Notes: generated by a model not told the origin, from the letters alone. DNA of 64,000 bases from an uncultured delta proteobacterium (GCA_963789395.1 CAWBKP010000013.1:160001-224000); one strand, 5' to 3'; numbered from the stretch's first letter, positions 8,926 through 18,975 are shown. Program-made: numbers and translations.

Positions 8926-10491
8926 ATGCACACCAAGCTGTCCCTTTATGTTGATCCGGATGATATCGATTCTCCTCAGGTAATCCGTGATCTTGTTCGA
9001 AAACAGCTGAATCTGCCTGCCGATACGGACCCGGGGTATGTGATCCGCCGCAGATCCATTGACGCCAGAAAAAAGCGGCCCCGGTTTTTACTGGATATTG
9101 AGGTGTTCTCTCCGGAAACGTTACAAAATATAACGCCGTTTCAGTTAAATTTCAAACCCGTATCCCCGGATTACCGGGTGGTGATTGTCGGGGCCGGGCC
9201 GGCCGGATATTTTGCGGCCCTGGAGCTTCTGGGGCAGGGTATCCGGCCGATTCTTCTGGAAAGGGGAAAGGATGTCACGTCCCGGCGCAAGGACATTCAG
9301 CAGCTTCATGGCAAGGGCATTGTCAACCCGCACTCCAATTACTGTTTTGGCGAGGGCGGCGCCGGCGCGTATTCGGACGGCAAACTCTATACCCGCTCCC
9401 ATAAGCGGGGGAATATCGGCAAGATACTCTCCCTGCTGGTCATGCATGGGGCTCCGGAAGACATTCTGATAGACGCCCATCCCCATATCGGCTCCAACCG
9501 GCTGCCGCGCGTGGTCAAGTCCATTCGGGAAACCATCCTGTCCCATGGCGGCGAAATCCACTTTGATTCCTGGGTAACGGACTTGATTATTGAAGGCGGC
9601 AGGGCTGCGGGAGTCTGGGTGGAAGGAAAAGGAAAATGCCACGCTGATGCCGTGATTCTGGCAACCGGCCATTCCGCCCGCGATATTTTCGAGCTGCTGA
9701 ACCGCAACAACATCGTAATTGAACCCAAGCCCTTTGCGCTCGGGGTTCGGGTGGAACATCCCCAGGAGCTCATAGACCGAATTCAGTACCATCACAGCCC
9801 GAGACACCCGAAATTGCCGGCTGCCAGCTACCGGTTGGTCGAACAGATTGAGGGCAGGGGCGTGTTTTCGTTCTGCATGTGTCCGGGCGGGTTCATCGTG
9901 CCGGCATCCACAGCGCCTGGCGAGCTGGTCATCAACGGGATGAGTCTTTCCGCACGGGATGCCCCGTTTTCCAATTCGGGTGTTGTGGTGGAAGTCCGCC
10001 TTGAGGATATCGGCGCGGCACCTGAAAGCGGGCCGCTGGCAGCGATGGATTTTCAGAAAAAGCTGGAGCAGTTGGCGTTTCAGGCCGGCGGCAAGGGACT
10101 GCTGGCGCCGGCTCAGCGCATGACGGATTTTGCTGCAGGAAAGCTGTCGCCTGTTCTGCCGAAAACCTCGTATAAACCCGGCATCATCTCCGCGCCGGTG
10201 CACGAGCTGTTTCCGGAAGGCATCCGCAGGCGGCTGCAGGCGGCCTTACAGGCCTTTGACGCAAAAATGAAAGGGTATTTCACAGAAGAAGCGATCGTTC
10301 TTGCCATTGAATCCCGAACCAGCTCTCCGGTCAGGATCCCGCGGGATGAAACCACCCTGATGCACCCGCAGGTCGAGAACTTATACCCCTGCTCGGAAGG
10401 TGCCGGCTATGCCGGCGGAATCGTGTCGGCGGCCCTCGACGGCCAGCGGGTTGCCCGCCGGATCATCGACGCACGAAATTCGATAATCTAA
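8926..10491 (+). CDS. FAD-dependent oxidoreductase (COG2509-type)
   Basis: GAGPAG, FGEGGAGAYSDGKL, FCMCPGG and EGAGYAGGIVSAA motifs. Confidence 0.9.
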   Translation: MHTKLSLYVDPDDIDSPQVIRDLVRKQLNLPADTDPGYVIRRRSIDARKKRPRFLLDIEVFSPETLQNITPFQLNFKPVSPDYRVVIVGAGPAGYFAALELLGQGIRPILLERGKDVTSRRKDIQQLHGKGIVNPHSNYCFGEGGAGAYSDGKLYTRSHKRGNIGKILSLLVMHGAPEDILIDAHPHIGSNRLPRVVKSIRETILSHGGEIHFDSWVTDLIIEGGRAAGVWVEGKGKCHADAVILATGHSARDIFELLNRNNIVIEPKPFALGVRVEHPQELIDRIQYHHSPRHPKLPAASYRLVEQIEGRGVFSFCMCPGGFIVPASTAPGELVINGMSLSARDAPFSNSGVVVEVRLEDIGAAPESGPLAAMDFQKKLEQLAFQAGGKGLLAPAQRMTDFAAGKLSPVLPKTSYKPGIISAPVHELFPEGIRRRLQAALQAFDAKMKGYFTEEAIVLAIESRTSSPVRIPRDETTLMHPQVENLYPCSEGAGYAGGIVSAALDGQRVARRIIDARNSII

Positions 10492-10582
10492 TCAAAACCA
10501 GAAAAGAGAGCCGCTTGCAATAGTTCTGCTGTTCGTTATAATGCACAAAACGGAGTGTTTTCAAAACGGATGGGTTTGGTCG

Positions 10583-10618
10583 TTTTGATATTGGAATTTT
10601 GAATTTGTTTCGGATTTC
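10583..10618. repeat. Dispersed 36-bp intergenic repeat, copy 2
   Basis: Identical to 6154-6189. Confidence 0.85.
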
Positions 10619-10676
10619 GATTCATTCGGATTTATCTGCGCGGAACATCCCTTCGGTCATCACTTCACTTCAGCCT

Positions 10677-11795
10677 TCAACCTGTCTTATAATACCTGGC
10701 CAGCCACTCCTTGCGGAATGCCGCGAAGCGATGATCCGAAATGGCCTGCCGCATGTCCTTCATCAGATCCTGATACAGCGTCAGGTTGTGGATGGTGGCA
10801 AGGGTTTCGGCCAGGGGGTCCCGGGTAAAAAACAGGTACCGGAGCACCATGCGGGAATAGGTCCGGCAGGTGTAGCACGAACAATGGGTATCGATCGGAT
10901 ATTTGTCCTTGCGAAAGGTCTTGTCCATGATCCTGAGTTTTCCCAGACGGGTAAAAAACGTTCCCTGCCTGGCATACCGGGTGGGAATCACGCAGTCGAA
11001 CATGTCCATCCCAAGCGATACTGCCGCCAGAAGGTCTTCGGGAAGACCGACGCCCATCAGATATCGGGGAAGGAGCTCCGGCAGAAGCGGGGCTGCGTGC
11101 CTGACAACCGTCTGCATCAGATCAAAACCCTCTCCGACGCTGACGCCGCCGATGGCAAAACCGTCAAAGGGGATGGCGGTGATTTCTCTGGCGCTCATTT
11201 CCCGAAGATGCGGATACACCCCGCCCTGTACAATGCCGAACAGAAACTGATGGGGCTGAAGGGCAACCTCCCTGCACCGTGCGGCCCACCTCGTCGTGCG
11301 CTTCAAGGATGATTCCACATATGCCTCGGAAGCCGGATATTCCACGCATTCGTCAAAGGCCATGACAATGTCGGCCCCCAGATCCCGCTGGATTTCCATG
11401 GATCGCTCCGGGCCAAGAAACAGCCGCTCCCCGTTTTCCTCGTAGGCAAAGCTGACGCCTGCTTCGGTAATTTCTTTCTGGGGCAGGGAAAAAACCTGAA
11501 ATCCGCCGGAGTCGGTCAGGATGGTCTGTTTCCATCCCATGAAGCGGTGCAGCCCGCCCATGCGCTGGACAGTCGCCAGGCGCTCGCTGAGCGACAGATG
11601 GTACGTATTGGCCAGAACCACCTGTGCCCCGGTTTCGGCGACGTCTTTCGGCATGGTGGAGCGCACAAAACCGGCCGTTCCCACCGGCATGAACGCCGGG
11701 GTCTGGACCGTTCCGTGATCGGTGGTAAACTCAGCCCGTCTGGCTCCGCAGGGATCAACGGTGTGAAGATTAAACTGAATGTCTTTTAACGGCAT
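10677..11795 (-). CDS. tgt: tRNA-guanine transglycosylase family protein (divergent, possibly a paralog)
   Basis: TPAFMPVGT, NTYHL, DSGGFQ, DEC, QGG, GGVSVGE, DMFDCV and CxCxxC...H zinc site. Confidence 0.88.
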   Translation of the reverse strand: MPLKDIQFNLHTVDPCGARRAEFTTDHGTVQTPAFMPVGTAGFVRSTMPKDVAETGAQVVLANTYHLSLSERLATVQRMGGLHRFMGWKQTILTDSGGFQVFSLPQKEITEAGVSFAYEENGERLFLGPERSMEIQRDLGADIVMAFDECVEYPASEAYVESSLKRTTRWAARCREVALQPHQFLFGIVQGGVYPHLREMSAREITAIPFDGFAIGGVSVGEGFDLMQTVVRHAAPLLPELLPRYLMGVGLPEDLLAAVSLGMDMFDCVIPTRYARQGTFFTRLGKLRIMDKTFRKDKYPIDTHCSCYTCRTYSRMVLRYLFFTRDPLAETLATIHNLTLYQDLMKDMRQAISDHRFAAFRKEWLARYYKTG

Positions 11796-12289
11796 GTAAG
11801 GTCTTTCAAATAAATGATTTTATCATCACCATCAGCATAAAAATCTTTCAGAATGGCCTCTGTCCGATACGCGCAGGCACGATAAAACCGGTGGGTCGGT
11901 GCATATGGTTTCCGGGAGGAGGTTTCAACGTAAATTCGCCGGCCTTTCATTTCCTGAATCCGCAATTCCGTCAGTTGCATCAGACGCCTGCCGATACCTG
12001 ATCCCTGAAGGCCTTTATTGACGGCAATCCAGTAAAGGTCAAACCGTCCCTGAGTGAGCGGAATGGGGCCAAAACAAGTATATCCTATAACATTGCCGTC
12101 GGTTTCCGCAAACAGGAAATCATAGCCGCTGGACGGTCCCCTGGCCAGTCTTTCCTCGGCAAGTTCCCGTGCAACCGCGGTTTCCTCTGGATAAAAAATA
12201 TCGCAGGATTCGGTCAGGTGAAAAATATTGTCAGGGTCTGAGATCTGAACGGTTTCCCGAAAGGTAACATTCAGGGCTTGCTTATGCAT
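11786..12289 (-). CDS. GNAT family N-acetyltransferase
   Basis: DLYWIAV, QGSGIG acetyl-CoA loop, FYRACAY. Overlaps both neighbouring genes. Confidence 0.88.
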   Translation of the reverse strand: MHKQALNVTFRETVQISDPDNIFHLTESCDIFYPEETAVARELAEERLARGPSSGYDFLFAETDGNVIGYTCFGPIPLTQGRFDLYWIAVNKGLQGSGIGRRLMQLTELRIQEMKGRRIYVETSSRKPYAPTHRFYRACAYRTEAILKDFYADGDDKIIYLKDLTCR

Positions 12290-13334
12290 TGATGGCGATT
12301 TTCCAAGACTGTTCGTCGGATTCGGAGTGCAGCCGGTCCGTGATATGGGCCATCGGCTCATGAATGATGCGCGCGATGATGTGGTTAAAGGTCAAATCCG
12401 CTTTGTCGGCTGCGGCTACAAATCCACTGTCCGGCGCAATACAGGGGTTGGTGTTGACTTCCAGGACCCAGGGATTGCCGCTTTCATCCACCCGGAAATC
12501 CACGCGGGCATACCCTTTTAAGTTAAACAGCTTCCAGCATTCTCTGGCAATTTTATTCATCCTGTCCAGAAGCGGCCTGTCCTGATCCGGAAAATCAAAT
12601 GAACGAAGTGTATTTTGATATTCAAACGACTCCGATTCCCATTTGGCCTTGTAATCTACGATTCGATGTCTGTCCTTGGGAAAGTTGTCAAATCTGATTT
12701 CAGCGGGTGGCAGCACTTGGGGGATGCCATTCCCGTTTTTTGACAGAAGGGAAAGGTTGAATTCCCGGCCTTCAATATATGCTTCGGCAAAACAGGCTCC
12801 GCCCAGCTGGTCTTTGCGGCGGTCCATCTCTTGAAGGAGCTGGTCGTGGGTTTTGGGGAATACCACGGAATCATATCCAATTCCTACAGAACCATGTTCC
12901 CATACGGACTTGATGATGCCGGGGCTGCACAGGGGCGATTTGTGCTGCCTGGCTTTTTCCGGGGTCACAAAAAAAGGAGTCGGAATACGCGCTCCCCTCA
13001 GCATCTGTTTGGCCAGAACCTTGTTGGATGTGGTATAAATGGCATCGGTGCCGGCGCCGGTGTAGGCGATATTCATGGCATCCAGTATGGACGGGGCCAG
13101 GTGAATCAGCCGGCCCCGGCCGTCAATGGACTCCACGAGATTAAATACCAGCGCCGGATTGATTTCGGTGATTTTGCCAAGGGTTTCTTTAATATCCAGG
13201 GAAAAACTGACAGGGACCGGGTCATGATTCAGCTCTGAGAGCGCCTGGGAAACGGATTCGACCTGTATCAGACCATCCTGCTCATCTATTGAGGTATTCT
13301 CGGACAGGTTGCCATACAAAACAGCAATTCTCAT
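12282..13334 (-). CDS. D-Ala-D-Ala ligase-like ATP-grasp protein (not canonical Ddl)
   Basis: VFNLVES, YTG, EAYIEGREF, ARVDFR and LEVNTNP motifs. Lacks the Ddl GGxSxEH N-terminal motif. Confidence 0.85.
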   Translation of the reverse strand: MRIAVLYGNLSENTSIDEQDGLIQVESVSQALSELNHDPVPVSFSLDIKETLGKITEINPALVFNLVESIDGRGRLIHLAPSILDAMNIAYTGAGTDAIYTTSNKVLAKQMLRGARIPTPFFVTPEKARQHKSPLCSPGIIKSVWEHGSVGIGYDSVVFPKTHDQLLQEMDRRKDQLGGACFAEAYIEGREFNLSLLSKNGNGIPQVLPPAEIRFDNFPKDRHRIVDYKAKWESESFEYQNTLRSFDFPDQDRPLLDRMNKIARECWKLFNLKGYARVDFRVDESGNPWVLEVNTNPCIAPDSGFVAAADKADLTFNHIIARIIHEPMAHITDRLHSESDEQSWKIAINA

Positions 13335-13421
13335 TGGCGGTTTCCTATATAAAACCAATCAGACCAAAAGGTCTATTGGCCGGGTTGAAGTCGAATATGT
13401 CTGAATAACACAGAATGGATA

Positions 13422-13718
13422 TCAGCACTGCGGCGGACCGGAAAAGGAATGCCGCGGAAAAACCGTCAGGACATTACCGGCCGAACCGCGCAGGGCAATA
13501 TTGACGACTTGTCCCTGCCGACTGATTGCAGTAGGATCGGTAGCAGAATAAAATGGATTTTGCTGGATGAATTTTGATACGCTTGAAAGGCAAAAGGAAG
13601 GAGATTCCATGCAAACGCATGGGCATGCAATAAAATCATGCCGCTTTCCCAGGCTTGGAGGCTCGTTGTCTTCTTCGACTTCAAGCGGTTCCAGTGGAAC
13701 GAAAACCGGATGTATCAT
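13422..13718 (-). CDS. Hypothetical 98-aa protein or gene remnant upstream of the ATP-grasp operon
   Basis: AGAGGA RBS; acidic N-terminus EPLEVEEDNEPPS; same strand as the operon. Confidence 0.4.
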   Translation of the reverse strand: MIHPVFVPLEPLEVEEDNEPPSLGKRHDFIACPCVCMESPSFCLSSVSKFIQQNPFYSATDPTAISRQGQVVNIALRGSAGNVLTVFPRHSFSGPPQC

Positions 13719-14225
13719 GTCAAGATTTCCTCTGTCGATAAAATGGGGAGTGATGGGCCGTCATCGTGCTGTCAGAAACAACGTCCCTGGCAAACTTTTA
13801 CAAGGAAAAACTTCACGCAGTTGATTGGAACTGATTGAAAATAAAGAGTTTATGACAATTCATGCCTGAAGATATATTATTTCAACATGCGGTGCACTAT
13901 AACGAAAAAATGTATAAGTGCAACAAAAATATTCCGGATTTAACATATTCCTTTTTGGTATTGTACGGAATCGTGTTACCCAGGTGTGATGTCGTATCTG
14001 AACAGAAATGCTGTTTCGTGTTAGGCAGCTGCATGCCGCCATTCGCCCGTCGAGGGAAACCTGCGATATGCGACGTGCTCGGAGGATTTTGAAGCGGTGG
14101 TTTCCAAAGAGAACATGTATCGTTAAAAACAGGGCCTTCGCAGGGATGGTGCTGTCTTGTCCGCGGTTCCGTGCCTTCATCCAGGACCCTGTTTTCAACG
14201 GTTCTATGGTATATAGGATGGTTTG

Positions 14226-14786
14226 TTATTTGACCCGTTCCACATATTGACCGGTTCGCGTGTCGATCCGAACGACTTCGCCTTCCTCGACAAATGGTGG
14301 AATCTGAAGCTCATAACCGGTTTCAAGGGTTGCCGGCTTGCTGTCGCCCGAAGCTGTATCGCCTTTTGCCCAGGGATCGGCCCGGATGATTTTCAGCTCC
14401 ACAAAAATCGGCAGGGTCACGCCAATGGCTCTTTCCTGAAAAAACAAAACGTTGCACAGGGTATTTTCCTTTAATAATTGGACGCCTTCACCCACCTGCT
14501 CGGCGGTTAAATATTCCTGTTCGTAATTCTTGGTGTTCATGAAACAATACCGGTCGCCTTCGGCATACAGGTATTCCATTTCGATCTCTTCCATCTGCGC
14601 TTCGTTGAATTTTTCACCGGATCGGTATGTCCTGTCAAACTGCGCGCCGGTCAGCATGTTTTTCAGCCGGCACTTGTACAGGGCCTGGCCTTTACCGGGC
14701 TTGACGAATTCAAACTGCGTCAGAATATAGGGTGCCCCGTCAATCTCAATTTTAAGACCTTTTCTCAGGTCAGCACTTTCGAGCAT
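14226..14786 (-). CDS. efp: Elongation factor P
   Basis: KPGKG, GDTA and IDTRTGQYVER motifs. Confidence 0.97.
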   Translation of the reverse strand: MLESADLRKGLKIEIDGAPYILTQFEFVKPGKGQALYKCRLKNMLTGAQFDRTYRSGEKFNEAQMEEIEMEYLYAEGDRYCFMNTKNYEQEYLTAEQVGEGVQLLKENTLCNVLFFQERAIGVTLPIFVELKIIRADPWAKGDTASGDSKPATLETGYELQIPPFVEEGEVVRIDTRTGQYVERVK

Positions 14787-14806
14787 GGTATAAAAAATCC
14801 TCCTGG

Positions 14807-15575
14807 TTAAGTAGTCGCAGCCTGTCTGGCTGCCGCGACAAGGCGCTTGACCTTGTTCATATCCTTCTGAAAGCGAATCGGCCGGCCCTGCTGATCACAG
14901 GCATTGGTGCCGGTACAACTGTCCACGCCGGCGGGGCGAACCTGCCGGATTCCTGCGGCGACATTATCCGGTGTGATGCCGCCGGCCAATATGACCGGAA
15001 TTCTGCAGGCGGTAACCAGATCCCTTGCCAGACTCCCAGTCGCATGTCACGCCGGTAATGCCGATAAACCCGTTGACCGGTTGCGTTTCCGCCGCCTGGC
15101 TGAGCGCCGGAAGATCTTTTGGCGCCATCAGGGTATCGGTCAGGAAATAATCGCTGACAGGTTCAAACAACCTGGCAACATCCAGCACCGAATATCCGTC
15201 AGGGTAGAAAGCTTGCGGAATCGGAAGGGTCCGCATCACATCGGTTTGTGAAAAAGTTTCCTTGACAATCCGCTGCTGGTGAAGCAGCCTTTCAAAGTCA
15301 GCCGGCTGTTGGATCCTGTCGGGAAGCATTTCGCAAAAATGAATAATATCCGGTTGATAATATTCAATTGTCCGGCAGATGATATCTAAATTGCTGAACA
15401 GCGGAATCAGGCTGCTGCGAGCGCCTAGTTCGGCAACTGTCCGAATTGTATCCTTTAAAACAGGATTCTTCCAGTTGTCGGTGCTGAGGATGACACTGCC
15501 GATATGATCAACTCCCAGTGAAATCAGCTGGTCGGCTTCATTTTGCGTTTGAACTTCATATACCTGAATGATCAT
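14807..15575 (-). CDS. trpF: Phosphoribosylanthranilate isomerase-like protein (+1 frameshift in a G-run near 15036)
   Basis: The two ORFs join as ..GITGVTCDW/SLARDLVTACRIPVILAGGITPDNV..RPAGVDS; FLTDT and LAGG TrpF motifs. Confidence 0.75.
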
Positions 15576-15733
15576 CTTGAAGGCAGTCTGACCTGAAAAA
15601 GCAAAATAAGTGGTTGACCATGAGCTGGACACGGCTGACGCGGTAAAATACCATTGACTTTTTACCCTGTGTCTAACATATTCGGAAATGATTCGCAAAT
15701 TGTTAATCCAAATATGCTGCATAAGGAACTTTC

Positions 15734-17263
15734 ATGATTCTCATCATTGATTTTGGTTCTCAATACAACCAGCTCATTGCCCGGCGCGTTCGTGAATGTC
15801 ATGTATACTGCCGGGTAGAGCCGCCGACACTGGATATCGATCGCATCCGCTCGCTCAACCCCGAAGGTATTATTTTGTCCGGCGGACCTTCCAGTATTTA
15901 TGAAAAAGGAAGCCCTGCAGTGGATGCCGCCATTCTCACGCTGGGGATTCCGGTTCTGGGGATTTGTTACGGCATGCAGTTCATGGTGCATGCTTTGGGG
16001 GGAAAAGTAGCGCACGCTGAAAAACGGGAATACGGTTTTGCAGAACTGAGTATTCAAGCTTCTGATGGGATATTTCATGATGTTGAAGCCCATACCCGCT
16101 GCTGGATGAGTCATGGGGATTCCATCGTGAGCCTTCCGGACGGATTTAATATTACCGCCTCAACCCCCAACACGCCCATTGCGGCCATGGTACATCGTGA
16201 AAAACGATTTTACGGGCTTCAGTTTCATCCTGAAGTCGAGCACACCCCCATGGGCAAAACCATGCTTGCCAATTTCCTGTTCAGGATATGCGGATGCAAG
16301 AAAAGCTGGACCATGAAATCTTTTGCCAGAGATGCCGTTGAACAGATCCGTGAGACGGTTCAGGACAAAAAAGTCATCCTTGGCCTCAGCGGCGGTGTGG
16401 ATTCATCTGTCACCGCCTTGTTGATTCACAAGGCCATTGGCAAAAACCTGACCTGTATTTTTGTGGATAACGGACTGCTCAGAAAAAACGAAGGGGAAAA
16501 ACTCAAGGTCATTCTGAAACAGAATCTGGATATCAATATCCGTTTCATTAATGCAAAAAACAAGTTTTTGACCCCGCTTGCCGGGATTACCGAGCCTGAG
16601 AAGAAACGGAAAATCATCGGCAAAGTCTTCATGGATGTCTTTGAAGCCGAAGCTGCAAAAATCAGGGGCGCCGAATTTCTGGCCCAGGGAACCCTGTATC
16701 CTGATGTGATTGAATCCCAGTCAGCCTTTGGCGGTCCTTCATCCGTGATCAAATCCCATCATAATGTAGGCGGTCTGCCCAAAAATATGAAATTGAAACT
16801 GGTTGAGCCGCTGCGATATCTGTTCAAGGATGAAGCCCGTGCATTGGGAGCTGAAATCGGTCTGCCGGATGAGATGATCTGGCGCCAGCCTTTTCCGGGA
16901 CCCGGGCTTGCAATTCGGGTGATCGGGGAAATCACGCCCAAACGGCTTTTGATTTTGCGGGAAGCAGACGACCTTTTGCTTGAAGAAATCAAGAAGGCTG
17001 GTTATTATAAAAAGTTATGGCAATCTTTTGCAGTGTTGCTGCCGATTAAAAGCGTCGGGGTGATGGGAGATAAGCGCACGTATGAAAACATCATTGCGAT
17101 TCGGGCGGTTACCAGCCAGGATGCCATGACCGCGGACTGGGCAAAACTGCCCCATCAGCTACTGGGAACCATATCCAACAAAATCATCAATCAGGTTAAA
17201 GGGGTAAACCGGGTGGTCTATGACATCAGCTCAAAACCGCCGGGTACGATCGAGTGGGAATAA
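15734..17263 (+). CDS. guaA: GMP synthase (glutamine-hydrolysing)
   Basis: DFGSQY, GICYG, QFHPE, SGGVDS and KPPGTIEWE motifs. Confidence 0.98.
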   Translation: MILIIDFGSQYNQLIARRVRECHVYCRVEPPTLDIDRIRSLNPEGIILSGGPSSIYEKGSPAVDAAILTLGIPVLGICYGMQFMVHALGGKVAHAEKREYGFAELSIQASDGIFHDVEAHTRCWMSHGDSIVSLPDGFNITASTPNTPIAAMVHREKRFYGLQFHPEVEHTPMGKTMLANFLFRICGCKKSWTMKSFARDAVEQIRETVQDKKVILGLSGGVDSSVTALLIHKAIGKNLTCIFVDNGLLRKNEGEKLKVILKQNLDINIRFINAKNKFLTPLAGITEPEKKRKIIGKVFMDVFEAEAAKIRGAEFLAQGTLYPDVIESQSAFGGPSSVIKSHHNVGGLPKNMKLKLVEPLRYLFKDEARALGAEIGLPDEMIWRQPFPGPGLAIRVIGEITPKRLLILREADDLLLEEIKKAGYYKKLWQSFAVLLPIKSVGVMGDKRTYENIIAIRAVTSQDAMTADWAKLPHQLLGTISNKIINQVKGVNRVVYDISSKPPGTIEWE

Positions 17264-17270
17264 CAGATCC

Positions 17271-18152
17271 ATGACATATCGGAATGCTTCAAAATTTAAA
17301 ATCCGGGTTTCGGAAGATGACCGTCCGGATTTGCTGCTTACGGAACAGATCGAGTATCAGCGATTTGAAAAACTGAACCAGCGGGTAACGATCATCACCG
17401 TCCTGATTCCGATTTTAATCGGCATCATGATAGCTTTCGGATACCTGAATATCCGGGAAATGGTCAGTCAGACCCAGGACATGGGGGCAAAGGAGTTGAC
17501 CAGTCTGTCTCAGAACCTGGAGTCAAGCATTTCAAATATATCCATCAAACAGGCCACACTGGAGGAAACCCTGGCCGCAAAAATCTCTGACCAGGAAAAG
17601 CTGGAAACTGCGGTTCAGGACAGCCTGAAAAAAATGGAGGCGACTGTTCATGACAGTATTAAAAGGATGGAAGCAACTGTTCAGGACAGCATCAAAAAAA
17701 CCGAAACGTCCCTTGCGGAAATTCAGGCCGGAAAGGCGGACAGAAAAGATATTGCCGGGGAGGTCTCCGGCTTGGACACCAAACTGGCCGGGGTTCAGAA
17801 AGATCTGAAGGCCAGCTTGGAGAAATTGCATGCTGACGTCAAGGCCATTGAAAAAAAAATGTCGGATGAGTTTGCCAAATCCCTTGAAACCGTCAATAAC
17901 GTGACCACTCGAATAGCAGAATGTCAGGCGAACATTGAACTGCTTTCTGCCGATAAAGCGGACAAAAAACTCACGGAAATTGCACTGAAAAATCAGGAAA
18001 AACATCTTCAGGATCAGACAAATCAGCTGATTCGAAACCTGGAAAGCAAATTGGAAGGCATCACTGCCGACATCAAAGAATTGGAAAAATTCAAATCCGC
18101 TATGGAAAAAAATCCACCGCCGCCGGCCCCAAAGAAACCACAGGCAGGATAA
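17271..18152 (+). CDS. Membrane-anchored coiled-coil hypothetical protein
   Basis: One N-terminal TM helix, long helical region with three 11-aa repeats, Pro-rich tail. Confidence 0.7.
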   Translation: MTYRNASKFKIRVSEDDRPDLLLTEQIEYQRFEKLNQRVTIITVLIPILIGIMIAFGYLNIREMVSQTQDMGAKELTSLSQNLESSISNISIKQATLEETLAAKISDQEKLETAVQDSLKKMEATVHDSIKRMEATVQDSIKKTETSLAEIQAGKADRKDIAGEVSGLDTKLAGVQKDLKASLEKLHADVKAIEKKMSDEFAKSLETVNNVTTRIAECQANIELLSADKADKKLTEIALKNQEKHLQDQTNQLIRNLESKLEGITADIKELEKFKSAMEKNPPPPAPKKPQAG

Positions 18153-18230
18153 CCTTTGTCTGACCCGGCTTCCAAGTCTCAGGCAGAGCTTGCTGTGAGC
18201 GGCTTCAGCCCATAAGCCGGGATTAATGCA

Positions 18231-18965
18231 TTAAAAAAGTTGCAGCCGTTGAATCCTCTGGATGTCCTCCGGGACATCCACCTCGGGAGAGTCATGCTCC
18301 GTGACCATTACGCGGATGCGATGTCCATATTCAAGCGCTCGGAGTTGTTCGAGCTTTTCGATATTCTCGAGCCTGCCATCCGGAAGGCTTCGGAAGATAT
18401 CCAAAAAATGCCGGGTATACGCGTAAATCCCGAGGTGCTTGTAAGTATCAAAAACCGTGGAAGCATCCCGGCCATACGGAATGGTGGATCGTGAAAAATA
18501 AAGGGCGTTACCCAGCACATCACAAGTAACCTTCACATCCTTGGGATTGGTGATTTCTTCCGGGTTGGTGATCTTAAAGGCGAGCGTACTCATCTGAATG
18601 TCCGAATTTTCAATCAGCGGGGCGGCAACTTCCTGAATGCAGGACGGATGCATGCGGGGCTGATCCCCCTGAATATTGACCACGATATCACTATGGGAAA
18701 GATTCAGCTTGTCAGCGGCTTCTGCTACCCGGTCCGTACCAGATCGGTTCTCTGCAGACGTCATGATTGCCTTGCCGCCAAAGCCGGTCACGGCAGAAAA
18801 AATCCGCCTGTCATCGGTTGCAACAAATACCGCATCCACCATCTCGGCGCTGGCGGCTCGTTCATAAACGCACTGAATCATGGGCTTTCCGGAAATAAGC
18901 GCCAGAGGCTTGCCATCAAAGCGGGTTGATCCATATCGGGAGGGGATAATCACCACGGTTTTCAT
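18231..18965 (-). CDS. kdsB: 3-deoxy-manno-octulosonate cytidylyltransferase
   Basis: IPSRYGSTRFDGKPL, SGTDR, QGD, YFSR and EKLEQLR motifs. Confidence 0.96.
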   Translation of the reverse strand: MKTVVIIPSRYGSTRFDGKPLALISGKPMIQCVYERAASAEMVDAVFVATDDRRIFSAVTGFGGKAIMTSAENRSGTDRVAEAADKLNLSHSDIVVNIQGDQPRMHPSCIQEVAAPLIENSDIQMSTLAFKITNPEEITNPKDVKVTCDVLGNALYFSRSTIPYGRDASTVFDTYKHLGIYAYTRHFLDIFRSLPDGRLENIEKLEQLRALEYGHRIRVMVTEHDSPEVDVPEDIQRIQRLQLF

Positions 18966-18975
18966 GTTGTTTCCT

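Noticed and set aside
12282..13334. Canonical ddl, vancomycin-resistance ligase or microviridin-type RiPP cluster
   Set aside because: No GGxSxEH motif and no mur/van context. The ligase is Ddl-like rather than graspetide-type, and no repeated core peptide is visible.
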